A DNA stretch of 64,000 bases from Marsupella aquatica (lineage: Eukaryota > Plantae > Marchantiophyta): NCBI GenBank assembly GCA_973895155.1, contig OZ316891.1, forward strand, positions 31,627,112 through 31,691,111, written 5' to 3'. Positions 45,001 to 56,097 of the stretch are shown here, piece by piece. The number at the start of each line of letters is the position of its first letter. Position 1 is the stretch's first letter. The notes under the pieces were generated by a model. That model saw only the letters and a program-made list of their open reading frames with translations, was not told the DNA's origin and did not search any database. A program made the translations under genes and the position numbers.

Positions 45001-47945
45001 AAGGACACAACGAAAATGCCCATAAATTGGAAAGCAGACCAAAACAGAAATGACCCCAGAACCAAGCAGGCAGACGAAGAAGTCAGAAGACTTCTCCACC
45101 TACATGAAATGCTCGAAAAGATTCCAGACTCATTTAACGACGCTGCAAATGTCACAAGATCCCACAACTTAGCAGCTAATGCGCCATCGCGAGTACAAAC
45201 CTCCTCGACACCGGCCAATGTAACAGCCCCCAGAGCAAAGCGAGGCAGACCACCAGGGATCAAGGACTCCCAGCCTCGCCAACGTAAAACTCCAGCAGCA
45301 AACTTGGGTACACCCGCGCTGGAACCAGCGATCACACTTAACGTGACAGCGATAAATCAAAACGACCCACTGAGTGAAGAAAACGAGGAAATGTCAATCA
45401 CATACATGCAAACAGGTAACATATATAAACGACCGACAACCCAAATTGATGAACAATTTGCCTATAACGTAATACAGGAAATCACCAACGATATTCCTGA
45501 TCCGCTCACTATAAACGAGGCAAAGAAACAACCAGATTGGCCAAAGTGGCAAGCAGCAATACATACCGAGATGGACGCCCTCATCAAGCGACAAGTATTC
45601 GGACCATTTAAAATGGCATTACCAGGTACACATTACACCGACTCTCGATTTACATTCTTGAAAAAACGAAATGAGAAAGGCATAGTAGTAAGATATCGAG
45701 CCCGGCTAGTAGCCAAAGGCTACACACAAATCCCGGGCAGGGACTACGATTTAACATACTCACCAGTAATGGACGCTACTACATATCGCTATCTCACAGC
45801 ACATTCAGTCCACCATAAACTGGTTAATAACCTTATGGACGTGGTAACCGCGTACCTTTACGGCACACTCGATACTGAGATATACATGACTGCCCCCCCG
45901 GAACTGATAGAGAGGGTCAAGCAGCACATTCAGGGGGAGACGTCCCAGAACCTGAATACAGAGATTAAAAAGGGCATCAGCCAAATAATACCTGATGGGG
46001 ATACAAAGGCCCTCTTGATGCAAAGTGGAAATACACAGGCAATGCATACCAGAGGAAAGAAATTAACAACAAAACTTACAGTCCAAGTGTTACGTTCCAT
46101 CAACGGACTTAAACAGAGCGGCAGAATCTGGTATCAGAAATTCCAGACAGAGATGCTCGCCCTCGGATTTACAAATAGCGGACTGGCCCCCTGCATCTTC
46201 ATCAAAAAGCATATGGACGAAGTCCTGATACTAGCACTGTACGTGGACGATGTGAACTTATTCGGGACTAAACAGATGATGAAAGACACAATACATACAC
46301 TGAAAAGAGTCTTCGAGATGAAGGACCTTGGAAGACCCAACCACTGCCTAGGCCTGCAGATCGAACACTTAGAAACAGGCATATTCCTTTACCAATCGAC
46401 ATACACGCAGAAGATACTTCATCAATTCAACATGCAGAAATCCTACCCTGTCTCCACCCCGATGGAACTCAGATCTCTAGACCCGATCAAAGATATGTTT
46501 CGGAAGCGCCAAGAAGACGAACCCATACTGGGATCAGAAAAACCGTACCTATCAGCGGTGGGCGCCCTTATGTATCTAGCGAACCAGACGAGACCTGACA
46601 TATCGTTCGCCGTCAGTCTCTTAGCGAGACACAGCGCACAGCCCACCATCAGGCATTGGAACGGCATCAAGAGGATCATGAGATACCTACAAGGGACGAT
46701 CGACCTTGGACTATTCTTTCCTAAGAATAGCCCCGATACGCTTACCGGTTACACTGATGCCGGCTACCTGTCGGACCCCCAGGACTCCAAATCACAGACT
46801 GGGTACGTGTTCTTACAGGGGACGACAGCAATATCTTGGCGAAGTTCAAAGCAAACAATGACCACAACGTCATCCAACCACTCGGAAATCATAGCGTTAT
46901 ACGAGGCGTGCAGAGAAGCTGTATGGCTACGAAGCATTATCAATCATATTAGGTCCAGCACCGGTAAACCACAGATAACAGAGCCAACCACAATCTACGA
47001 AGACAATAAGGCGTGTATCGACCAGATAACCAACGGAATCCTGAAGACCGAGAGGACCAAGCATATTGACCCCAAGTATTTCTTCACGCAAGAACAACAA
47101 GGGAAAAGTATCAATGTTGCATGGATCAAATCTCAGGACAATCGAGCAGACATGTTTACGAAACCACTACCAGCCGGATTGCACAGAGCGCACCTCGAAG
47201 GCATAGGCATGAGCAGATTGTCCACGATCAAGCCCACCTCATAACACTGAAGCTCGAAAGGATTACCCAACGACGAAGCTGTCGCCCGATGAAGCCGCCT
47301 CCAGATGCCCGACCACCACACTCGGCGAGCGCCACACCACATCCCCGACGTGAAACAACGCAAACCAACGCAAAAACGCCCGACTTGGCCTCACTAACCC
47401 AAAGCACAACACGAAGCGAAGCGCAATACGCAAAACGACATGAAGAACAACACGAGGCGCACACCAGGCAACGAGCTGAGGGGGAGACTAGACACCCATT
47501 AGGAACATTCACATAACCCCACTTAGCACATACGATTAACACTAACTAAGACATGGCAAAAAGGCTTAACCAGGACATTAGATATGGGAAACCACCTATA
47601 TAAGTGATGGTAGCACTCTTTCCTCGAGAAGAAAGCGGCGAGGTTTTAATGAGGCTACATCACACAGGTGGACCCCTAAACCGGATTATACCCTAGGTTC
47701 AAGAGATGTGGTTACTTTATGCTCCTCCATAAACTAACCAAGGGGGAGTGTTGTAAACCCTAGTTTACCCCTTAACCATAGGGCGAGAACCCTTAACCAT
47801 AGTATGAGAACTCCTAACCATAGGACCAGTATAAGGGCATTTGCCTACCATGTAACCAAGGGGATATATATATCCCCTCATCAATAGTAATGAATCTATC
47901 TTGTTGGAGTATCTTTGAGTGTTCCTTTAGTTGTCTATTACAACA
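42075..47945 (+). mobile_element. Intact Ty1/copia LTR retrotransposon (Bianca-like), Copia-2
   Basis: 197-bp LTRs at 42075-42271 and 47749-47945, identical by eye. TSD CTTTT at 42070-42074 and 47946-47950. PBS CGTTATCAGCACGAGC at 42272-42287; PPT AGGGGGAG at 47741-47748. Confidence 0.98.
42631..47244 (+). CDS. Copia gag-pol polyprotein, uninterrupted
   Basis: CYRCGKIGHIRNAC, IIDSGTSH, WHCRLGHP, NADICGP, RVDGAGEF, YRARLVAKG, YVDD, GYTDA, ADMFTKPL. The likely ATG is at 42631, by alignment to the Copia-1 N-terminus. Confidence 0.97.
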   Translation: MNTVEKLLWPALKVDGSNYLTWITDVETYFTSQDLEDTLDTDIDVTLKQKAKAAFLLRQHLTPQLKNEYMNEINPRKLWDLLKARFDHMREIWLPEARRDWHNLRVMDHTTIANYNSALCRITSQLEMCGHPINDIDRIDKTLSTFPESNITLGTQYRNMRFTKYSDLIAHLLVEEKQQIVALQNARKRPARSDPPPHRPETHYTNYEDKQRGNYRGGRTQFRGGRNQFRGGRNQFRGQGKPYNRPSGSNNTWRRGTMNNRGRGRSNQYDTANNSQKMCYRCGKIGHIRNACAATEQEAHRYINDRNKSRQNPQGHYMEIEEELIASQREETQEQIEVHTSLTDWKYPTLDDPDTGIIDSGTSHTILKHSKYFEAITPSSRAITTIAGLNHIEEGKGRATFILPGGTKITVKSAIYAPKATRNLISFQDIRSNNLQLRTNTQGKTETLQIIQDIQGKPSIKETFALIPPGLYATSIQTFHIHQESEDMTYIWHCRLGHPGTTMYNRIIRDSKGIPKTVKPKVKTACIACSQGKMTIRPSIPKTIFSIPQFLEQINADICGPIDPPSGPFKYFLVIIDSSTKWLQISLLSTRNLAFARILAHILKLRAQFPEYPTRRLRVDGAGEFTSRTFDDFCWAAGIDTQYPVPHVHFQNGIAESVIKRLQMVARPLLMKSNLPTSAWGHAILHAAALIQYRPSAYNSKTPYHLAFGIPPDLSHLRIFGCQVMVPILGPKRTKLGPQRNAGIYVGFDSTSIIRYLEPTTADLFKARHQDCHFYEDQFPQLTNTASTQSKDTTKMPINWKADQNRNDPRTKQADEEVRRLLHLHEMLEKIPDSFNDAANVTRSHNLAANAPSRVQTSSTPANVTAPRAKRGRPPGIKDSQPRQRKTPAANLGTPALEPAITLNVTAINQNDPLSEENEEMSITYMQTGNIYKRPTTQIDEQFAYNVIQEITNDIPDPLTINEAKKQPDWPKWQAAIHTEMDALIKRQVFGPFKMALPGTHYTDSRFTFLKKRNEKGIVVRYRARLVAKGYTQIPGRDYDLTYSPVMDATTYRYLTAHSVHHKLVNNLMDVVTAYLYGTLDTEIYMTAPPELIERVKQHIQGETSQNLNTEIKKGISQIIPDGDTKALLMQSGNTQAMHTRGKKLTTKLTVQVLRSINGLKQSGRIWYQKFQTEMLALGFTNSGLAPCIFIKKHMDEVLILALYVDDVNLFGTKQMMKDTIHTLKRVFEMKDLGRPNHCLGLQIEHLETGIFLYQSTYTQKILHQFNMQKSYPVSTPMELRSLDPIKDMFRKRQEDEPILGSEKPYLSAVGALMYLANQTRPDISFAVSLLARHSAQPTIRHWNGIKRIMRYLQGTIDLGLFFPKNSPDTLTGYTDAGYLSDPQDSKSQTGYVFLQGTTAISWRSSKQTMTTTSSNHSEIIALYEACREAVWLRSIINHIRSSTGKPQITEPTTIYEDNKACIDQITNGILKTERTKHIDPKYFFTQEQQGKSINVAWIKSQDNRADMFTKPLPAGLHRAHLEGIGMSRLSTIKPTS

Positions 47946-47999
47946 CTTTTGTCCTTTATTTGTTTGCCTTTGGTTGTCATTATGGTTTGTCACACTAGC

Positions 48000-48312
48000 A
48001 GGACTCGGACAACAAGGGCCAAGGAGTTCAAGTCCTTCTTAAGGACTTTCAGTTCTCCCTTGAGCACTTGAAGTCCTTCATAAGCACTTGAAGTCCTTAT
48101 TGGAGTCGTGGGGCAAGGACTTGGAGTCCTTGGGTAGAGTCCTTGGGAAAGGACTAGTAGTCCTTGGGCAAGGACCCGGAGTCCTCCCGAGTCCTTGGGC
48201 AAGGACACTTAGTCCGTCGACAAGAACACTGAGTCCTAAGTGGCTAAGTCCTTCAGTAAGGACTCTAAGGATTTACCAAGGACTTGGAGTGAGGAAGGAC
48301 TTGAAGTCCTTG
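48000..48312. repeat. Array of GGACT-N3-AGTCC palindromic motifs inside the TIR element
   Basis: GGACTTGGAGTCC, GGACTAGTAGTCC, GGACCCGGAGTCC, GGACTTGAAGTCC, GCACTTGAAGTCC and others. Related motifs occur near the left end (34296-34660). Confidence 0.75.
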
Positions 48313-51300
48313 GGAAATCCTTGGGAAGTCTGTGGAGTGAGAAAGTGCAAGAGTCTTTGGTTAGTTTGTTTGATTCAAATTGTTGAATTCTTGATTTTGA
48401 GAATGAGATGCTTCAGTTTTGCAGATGGAGAAGCTTAGCCTATATGATACTCTCCATGAGGTCAGGATTGATCAGATATGGGGTCTATGTGCTGGAGCCT
48501 TTACTTATGAAGGCTGTGGGGGAGTTTTGAGTGACGGCCGTCCTGCACCTTGGGAAAGCACAAACGGAGGTTGAGAATTCATGCAGAATCTTGAGTCACC
48601 TTTAGGTCCTCGATCACGCAACAGACTCCAGCACTCTTGTTCTAGGGATGGGGAAGGAACATATATGTACTGTTTTGCTGTGTAGGTTGGCGATGTGGTG
48701 CTTCAAGTGAATGAAGCTAATGGTCTGCAGTTGATGGGGATCTTGGGCCAGGACTATAGGGATTCTGAGTCTCACATCATCGCACGACTGCTCTTGAATG
48801 AATTCTCACAGAGGCATCCATCTTGTGCTTCACAAGGCTAAGTATGGATCCTTGCGCTCGGCTTCGATACTTTTTGAACAAATTGTAGCTCGTGCCTAAG
48901 TGAGAAGGACTCTCACTCCTAGATTTTGAAAATTCCTGCGGAACTAGTAGCGCTGACAACATTCTCCCACAGAACTAGTTGTCCAACTGTAAATTACATG
49001 TCGGGACAAAAAATGAGTTTCCCCAAAGGACTTTGACTCCTTGTTTTTGAAAAGTCCTCCACGCAGAACTAATAGCGCCAACACTCTCCTAGAGAACCGG
49101 TTGTCCTTCACTGATAAATTATAGTTGCAACAAGAAAGGGGTTACCTCGGGAGCTGAAATACTAATGAATGCGTCTTATACACATTTGATTTGTTTAAGT
49201 CCTTTTTGACTTTAGATGTGCTAATCTTGGCCGTTGACAGTCCTTTGGATTAGTGAAAGGACTGGAGACTTTTTGCCTCCTTTGGTAGTCCTCAATCTTG
49301 CAATGCACCGAATGCAGCCACTTCACAGGTGCTCAAGTCCATCGCAAATTGCTTTAGCAACTTCAAGACAAAGCACCTGACCAACCCTAAACACAAGGAG
49401 AACTGGTGTAAGCGAAGGGGTTTAGTTGGAGCTTTGGTGACGGCTACTGACACTATATAGCAACCACTGTTTGATCATAGTATGCAAATAGGGGCTGGTG
49501 TGGAAATAGTGGGAAAGTTGAATACAGAGGTAGGTGTGGTGGTAGAAGTGTTCACTATCACACCATCTCCCACTGATCCAACATTTGCACATAGGTCATT
49601 CCTGTTTAAGGTTAGATGTACAGTCTGTGGCAAGCTACATACTAACATGTGCCATAAGAAATCCAATTTGGAACACAATTTAAGGCAACACCTTGTCAGT
49701 CGGGATCATATGGATGCACTTGAGAATGTCGTCACCAGTACCCAGGCTGCACTGAGGGCAGGGAAGAAGGGGAGACCAAGGAAGCCTGATGCTCGTGATC
49801 TGTTTCCATCTCAAAATTCTATTCTGAATTTCTTTAGAGAGGACAGCTCTGCTGCAAGGAGCAGTTCAGGCAGAGGTGGGTTGTATTCCTCCGTTGAGCC
49901 AAGTTTAAGTTTGCTTTGTTGGGGCTTGTGGGAGTCAGAGGTCAAGTGGACAGGGGATTCTATGGATGTGAAGGGCATACTTGATGATCAAGAGGGAGGG
50001 AATGTCTGGGACTATGACCGTACCACCTATGCTGAGGTTTTCAATGTAACTAGCCAGTCAGTTGTTGGTATACAGGGTTGTTTTAGGCACAAGCAATGTC
50101 ACAGGGTGTCCATTAATGGAGGTGGTTTTCAAAACCTCACTTGCACTCTATGTGATTCTATAAAACATGAATGATTTTTGTGGCAAGGTGCACAGGGAAG
50201 CGGAAGCATTAGTGCAGAGAGGAGACAGGATTACACAGGGTGGGATGAGGTTGGCATACTTGACCAAAACCGAACTGAGGGAACATGTTGGTAACCTCAA
50301 CACTCGCTTTAGGAAACAGCGTTGGCTGTTGGCACAACAGGCTCAGAAAATTTGTGCCTTGAGTGTTAGGCGAAAGAAGCTAGAAGATTTATTAGGAGTA
50401 GCCCATGATAGGAAAGATTTAAGACTGTTTCTGAGAAATATTATGAATGGACATAGGCGTGGTGCTTTTGGTGGCAAGGAAGGGTTGTGGGATTTCCTGA
50501 CAGATTTAGCTAAGAACTTGTAGAGAGTTGCTAAGGGTTATCGATACAGTAAGAGAACCAAGGCCTTTTCCCAAGGTAGACAAGTGGCTCATTGTTTCCA
50601 GGCAAACCTAGGTGGTCCAGGTCTGAAGACCTTGAAACGTGATAGAGCAAAACTACCACCCTTTAGAGCTGGCATTCAAAAAGAGATATTCCAGGAGGTG
50701 TGCAGAGTACTATGTGCATCAAAGCAGTCACTTGGAATTTCAGGAGATGTACCAGTAATGTTTGCTGAGGATGAAACAAGGATAAAAGAGAGACCCAGGT
50801 TTGTGTTTTTGTCTCTAGTAAATTAGCTTGTTCTTTTGAATGTGTTGGATGAGTTTGCACGTCATGAGCTGATGTGTGTTTTGTATTGTGTGTGATAGAT
50901 GGGAAGCTAAATATGACACCCTCATTGGTTTCTGTGGCCCCTTAGAGGAGCACACATGTTCTTTTGGCTTGGAAGTACTGGTTGGAGCAGGTACTGAAGG
51001 GTATGACAAGATTGTAAGTACTTTTGAGCAGTATGCCAAAGGCATGTATGCTAGAGTAATCATTGTCAATCCTCTGCATGCAAAGATGCCTAAATTGGCA
51101 TTGTGTGTTCTACCAACATGTAACAAGTTTAGAGCTCCCTGGGTAAGAGAGCATTGGGTGCAACTGAAGTCCATGTGGGACACACATTGCAGAGACAGTG
51201 TTGGTCCTTTGTTGGGCCATGCTAGTGATGGTGATGCCCGTCGTAGGAAATTGATGATGGAAGATTATAGTGATGGTGATGCCCGTCGTAGGAAATTGAT

Positions 51301-52075
51301 GATGGAAGATTATACTGCTGTGAATGGTTCCTTTCCTACGTACAGTGTAGGATGGGTTGGGTGGCAATACTCAGTGTCCATACTTCCAAATGGAGATCTA
51401 TATGGTTTTGGAGATCAAGACCCACCTCACAATGGCAAGAAGGGAATTAACCCATTGGACCGAGTGTCTGCTATGTTAGTTCTTGGTGATCAACATGCAT
51501 CTTTGTCATATGTCACATCTGTTTATAACCATTATGCAATTCATGAGCATGGTTTGCATTGGGATGATGTGAATAGGACAGATAGACAAAACTAGGCTGG
51601 CCCACAATGAATAGCTTCCAGGAGAGTGGAGGCCTGCCTGCAGCATATGTATGAGCGACGAGATGTTCGTCATGACAGAAGCTTTGGGACCATGATATAC
51701 TTGGAGGTTTGTGCAGACTACATGGATATTTTCTTCTCTGTTAAGCATGACCTAAGAACCCGTGTTGTCTTGGCATCAAAGGTATCTTGGTTCTTCCGAT
51801 TGTAGACGCTATGGTTGAGGTATGGTGATCATTTTCCTTGGAATGGTTTTTTTTATAAATTTTAATACCGTGAAAGACCCCACGGATAGGGGGAACAACA
51901 GCCCTTAATACAGGGACAGCAACAGCACACTAGCGAGCCACAAAGATCGAGAGCCCAAAAGCACAAAAGAGAGCATCAAAGCCCCAGGGAGAGCCCCCCC
52001 TCAAAGAAGGGAAATAACACCGATCAAGAGAGCACCCATGCCCTTCCCACAGCAGCCCCCCAAAAAGCAGACCCC

Positions 52076-55000
52076 TCAATCAGCAACGCCGCCGCTAGAG
52101 GGCACCAAGAGAATCCTGTCCCCACCCCGTCTCAGCCAGATTTGCCTCGTTCCCCGCAACCATTCTTGAGCCCGGTTCAACCGAGAGCGACGCCGCCCAA
52201 AGCGTAAACCAGCCCCAACCGCATGGATGTGATTGGCAGTCTCAGCAAGCATCAGGCCCAAGTCAAATGAACGTCCCACCTTGTCAGAGAACATATGTTC
52301 ATTTCTTCCCAGCCAAATCATCCAGAGAGTCTGATATACACAAAAGATCCTAGCAGTGTGAATAGGCTCCGGTCCTGTCGATGCATCAAGAATAGCCAGT
52401 AGACCACCTCCAATGGGTAAGCGAAGCTCCGTCAAAATCCTGTCACACATCCTCCAGCAACATGAGGCATGGGAACATTCAATGAACAAATGTTGCATCG
52501 TCTCCAAGACCCCACAGCAAAGCTTGCAATTCCCAGTACCAGCCTGGATACGGAGGGCCCGTTGACCAGTAAACAATCCACCAACCAGGATCCGCCAGAT
52601 AAAGGTTTTTGCCCTGCAGGAGAGGTCAGAAATCCACAGCTTCTTCCATCCAATGCACCATTCAATTTCCGACCGGTGTGAGGACCAGCACCTATTAAGC
52701 AGCACATGAAGGCTCATCTTGGGTCTCAAGAACTGGTAGACCCTGCAGTTGGTGATTTGAAAGTCCTTGAGAGGTTCTGCCCTGTCAGACCAGCGCCGCT
52801 GTCTGGCCGGAGGATCCTTGTCCCACCTGCAGGCAGTTGACTCCCAAATTCTCCCTAGGAACGCTCTAGCCAGCCCTCTGTGCTCCCCCGTGAATCCTCA
52901 TAGCACCTGCCCCCTAAGCGGAAGGTCTTTCCAGCCCCCTGTCTCCACCGACCATCCGTCCTGAATTGATCTCATTCCCAAGCGTCCACAAATAGCAGTG
53001 ACTCCTACAATGTCCACATTTGGCAATGAATTGAAATCTATCATACATCTAATTGCATCGTTAATGCTCCAGCGTCCAGGGGCACCATATCTCCCAAGAC
53101 AAAAAGCCAGATGGGCACGCAGCTCCTCCCAAGCCTTCCATAGACCACTTGTATACCTGAGACCACCGCCTGCCCTAGGAGTACAGAGCAGAAGCCTATC
53201 CTTGAACGTGTAATTGTTTCTTCTGATCACCTTGTAATTCAACCATCCCATTAAAGATAAGTTGGCTGCCAGCATCTTCGACCATTCCCTGTCTGGATAC
53301 TCTAGGGCCTTAGTGAACCATTGTGATAATAATGCATTGGAGTGGCTTCTGAAGTCCTTGAATCCCAGGCCGCCCTCTATTTTTGGAAGTGTCATCTTGT
53401 CCCATGCCACCAGCGGAATTTTCTTCCCACCTGCAGGATTATATCCCCACAGAAAATCTCTACTGAGGGCAATGAGTTTCTTGGCCAGACCCGCTGAAGC
53501 CTTGAGGTGCATCACATGGTAGATTGGGATGGCCTGGAGCACGTGTTTGACCAATAAGGTTCAACCTGTGAAAGAGAGGAGCTTATTTGTCCAGGATGAC
53601 AGTCGTGAGCTGATTTTATCTAGGCAGAATCTGTGCAGTTGCTCAGTCTTCAGCCCGGCCCCTTCAGCCCGGCCCCCAAGGGAGCGCCCAGATATTTCTG
53701 AACCTCCCCCATTGCACTCACTTGACAGCCAGAGTACAGCAGCCAATCCGGGATGACCTCAATTGCCAAGGGAATCACCACAGATTTTCGTAGGTTCAGC
53801 TTTGCTCCAGAACCCATTTCATAACATGCAAGCGCAGTTTGTGCCTGGGTGAAAGCTTCCTCCGTGGCAGGAATGAACATTCCAACATCATCTGCGAATA
53901 ATCTGTAGCATATTGTGAGTGTGTCCGTGATTGACAGTCCACTAAGTCTCCCAGCCTCCATCTCCGCAGCTAAGAAGTCCATCAGCGGTTGTGTCGAGAT
54001 GACAAAAAGTAGGGGCGACAAGGGGCAGCCCTGTCTCACCCCCCTCTTAAGCTCAATCATACCCGTCGCAAAACCATTGACCATTGCCTTCGAGAAAGAT
54101 CCAGCCAACAGAGCCCGTACCAGTGTGATAAAGTGGCCACTTATTCCCAGTAAGTGCATTGTGTCCCATATGTATTCGTGATTCACCCTGTCAAAGGCCT
54201 TTTCGAAATCCAACTTCAAGAAAAGTGCCTCCGTCTTCTTGTGCTGTATCCAGTCACATGCGAGCCAGGCCAGTGAGATGTTTTCCAGAATGTGGCGCCC
54301 CTGTATAAATCCGGTCTGTTGGGGGCTGATTATCTTGTTCATGATTTCTTATAACCGCAATGCCAGGATCTTAGCAATGACTTTGTACGTTGTGTTCAAC
54401 ATTGTAAGGGGACGCCAGTCCTTCAGTGATCTCTTATCAGGCTTCTTCGGAATGAGCTTTATTATCCCTTCTTTTAATGCACTATCAATCTCTCCTGTCA
54501 TCCAGAATTCTTGTATCATTTCCACCAAGTCCTGTCCCAGAAACTCCCAGCATGCGCGCAGTACTTCTGCCGTTAAGCCGTCTGGGCCAGGCGATTTGTC
54601 TCCTGGTAGCATCCAAAGCACTTCCTTCACCTCTTTAGTTGTCGGGAGAGCTTCCAATTTCATTCTCTCTGCCGCTGTAAGCGCAAATTTTGTGTGTTGC
54701 AGTAGACGTCTCCTCTCTTGCCGTCGTTCTTGTGTCTCCCTTTGTGAGGGTTCCTGCGGTGCATAAAGTGCTTGACACATTTTCTCCACTTCAAGCACAA
54801 TGCTTGCCGCCTCTGTTATCTCCGTCCCATCCTCTTTGAGAATCAGGTTCATGGTTTCTCGGGCGCGTTTAGCCTTTACTATCGCATAGAAGAACTTTGT
54901 TGATTCGTCTCCTTCTCCCAGCCATTTAATCCTTGCAAGTCTCCGTCCCTTATTAGCCACTTCCAACTCGGTTGCATGCAGTGTGTCTTCCGTTTCCGTG

Positions 55001-56033
55001 TATTCCTTGATTTCATCCTCTGTGTGTTCCTCCAGAATGGATGCTTTCAGTGCTCTCATTCTTGCTCTAAGAAACTCCATCTCAACCTCTGCCAGCCTTG
55101 GTCTTGCTTGTAACTCCATGTATTTTTGCCTAAAATTGGAGCACGCTTTTGAAAATCGCAGCACAGGGTTTGCAAATTCCCTCCTTCCTTCCCTCCAGGC
55201 TCCTTCTAGAAGCGCCAGGTCCTCCTTGTTGCTTAGAAGCGTTGGATTGGCCATGAATAGTCTCACCTTACCTCGCTCCACCTTCTGACCTGCATCTCTT
55301 AACCTCCCTTTCAGTATCACCGGGTCATGGTCTGATAACGCTGATCCTCCTTCATGCACCAGCTCTACTCTCTCCTCTAACCACCATCCCTTCTCGCTAA
55401 TGTAGAACCTATCTAATCGGGATTGTACCATTAATCCCCTTCTCATCCTTCTCCATGTGAATTGGGCACCCGTAGCGCCCCCGGTGATCTCCCACGCATC
55501 TACCAGGTCAAAGCGCGTTTTTAAGAAGCGCCAGAATTCCGCTTCTCTTTCGCCGATCAGAGGTGATCTCCCGGTTGAGTCCGCTCTTCTTTCTGTCATG
55601 TTGAAGTCGCCACAGATGATCCAATTTACCTGCGGAAGCTCATCCTTAAGCTCGTTCCATAGCAAAGCCCTTAAGTCAGCCGAGTTTGGTGCATAGATAG
55701 ATGCCACTCCATAATTGCCTCCTTCGTTCTCAATGATTATCCACACAGCTCTGCCAAGGTCCAGTTTGCCTGATGCTACCACCTTCAAAGACGGGTGGAC
55801 CAGAAGTGCCGTTCCTCCCCTGCCTTCCTCTGGTGCCGATGAGAAGTGTTGATAGTTTGAGAGAATTGTTCTCAGAGCCATGTCCAAACGGAATTGATCC
55901 GTCTTCACTTCTTGTAGAGCTAGGCATCCCAGCGGAAATCGCAGTGCCTGTACCCAGTTTTTGACGACATGTTTGCGGTTTGTCTCACACAGCCCACAGA
56001 CGTTCCATGTGGCAATCCGCATTATGTTCTCCA
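52076..56033 (-). pseudogene. LINE-2 ORF2p (EN, RT, zf-RVT), disrupted
   Basis: TWNVCGL, CGDFN, SRLDRF, SDHDP, KSPGPDG, GVRQGCPLSPLLF, LFADD, CKLC..ETMQHLFIEC. Confidence 0.95.
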
Positions 56034-56097
56034 TCCCCTCCCCCCCCCCCCGCTGCTCCCCAAGTCGAGTGGTGCACTTGGTCAGCACACCGTCACC

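Larger units (their letters stand above)
34243..49309. mobile_element. Non-autonomous TIR DNA transposon (~5.2 kb without nested inserts), superfamily unassigned
   Basis: 27-bp TIRs at 34243-34269 and 49283-49309 (GGTG[G/C]ATTGCA[T/A]GATTGAGGACTACCA). 4-bp TSD GAAT at 34239-34242 and 49310-49313, confirmed against the empty site in copy 1 (TATGG-GAAT-GCAGCC). Confidence 0.9.

Noticed and set aside
47990-48438. ORFs 47990-48208 and 48088-48438 as genes
   Set aside because: They are low-complexity translations of the palindrome array.
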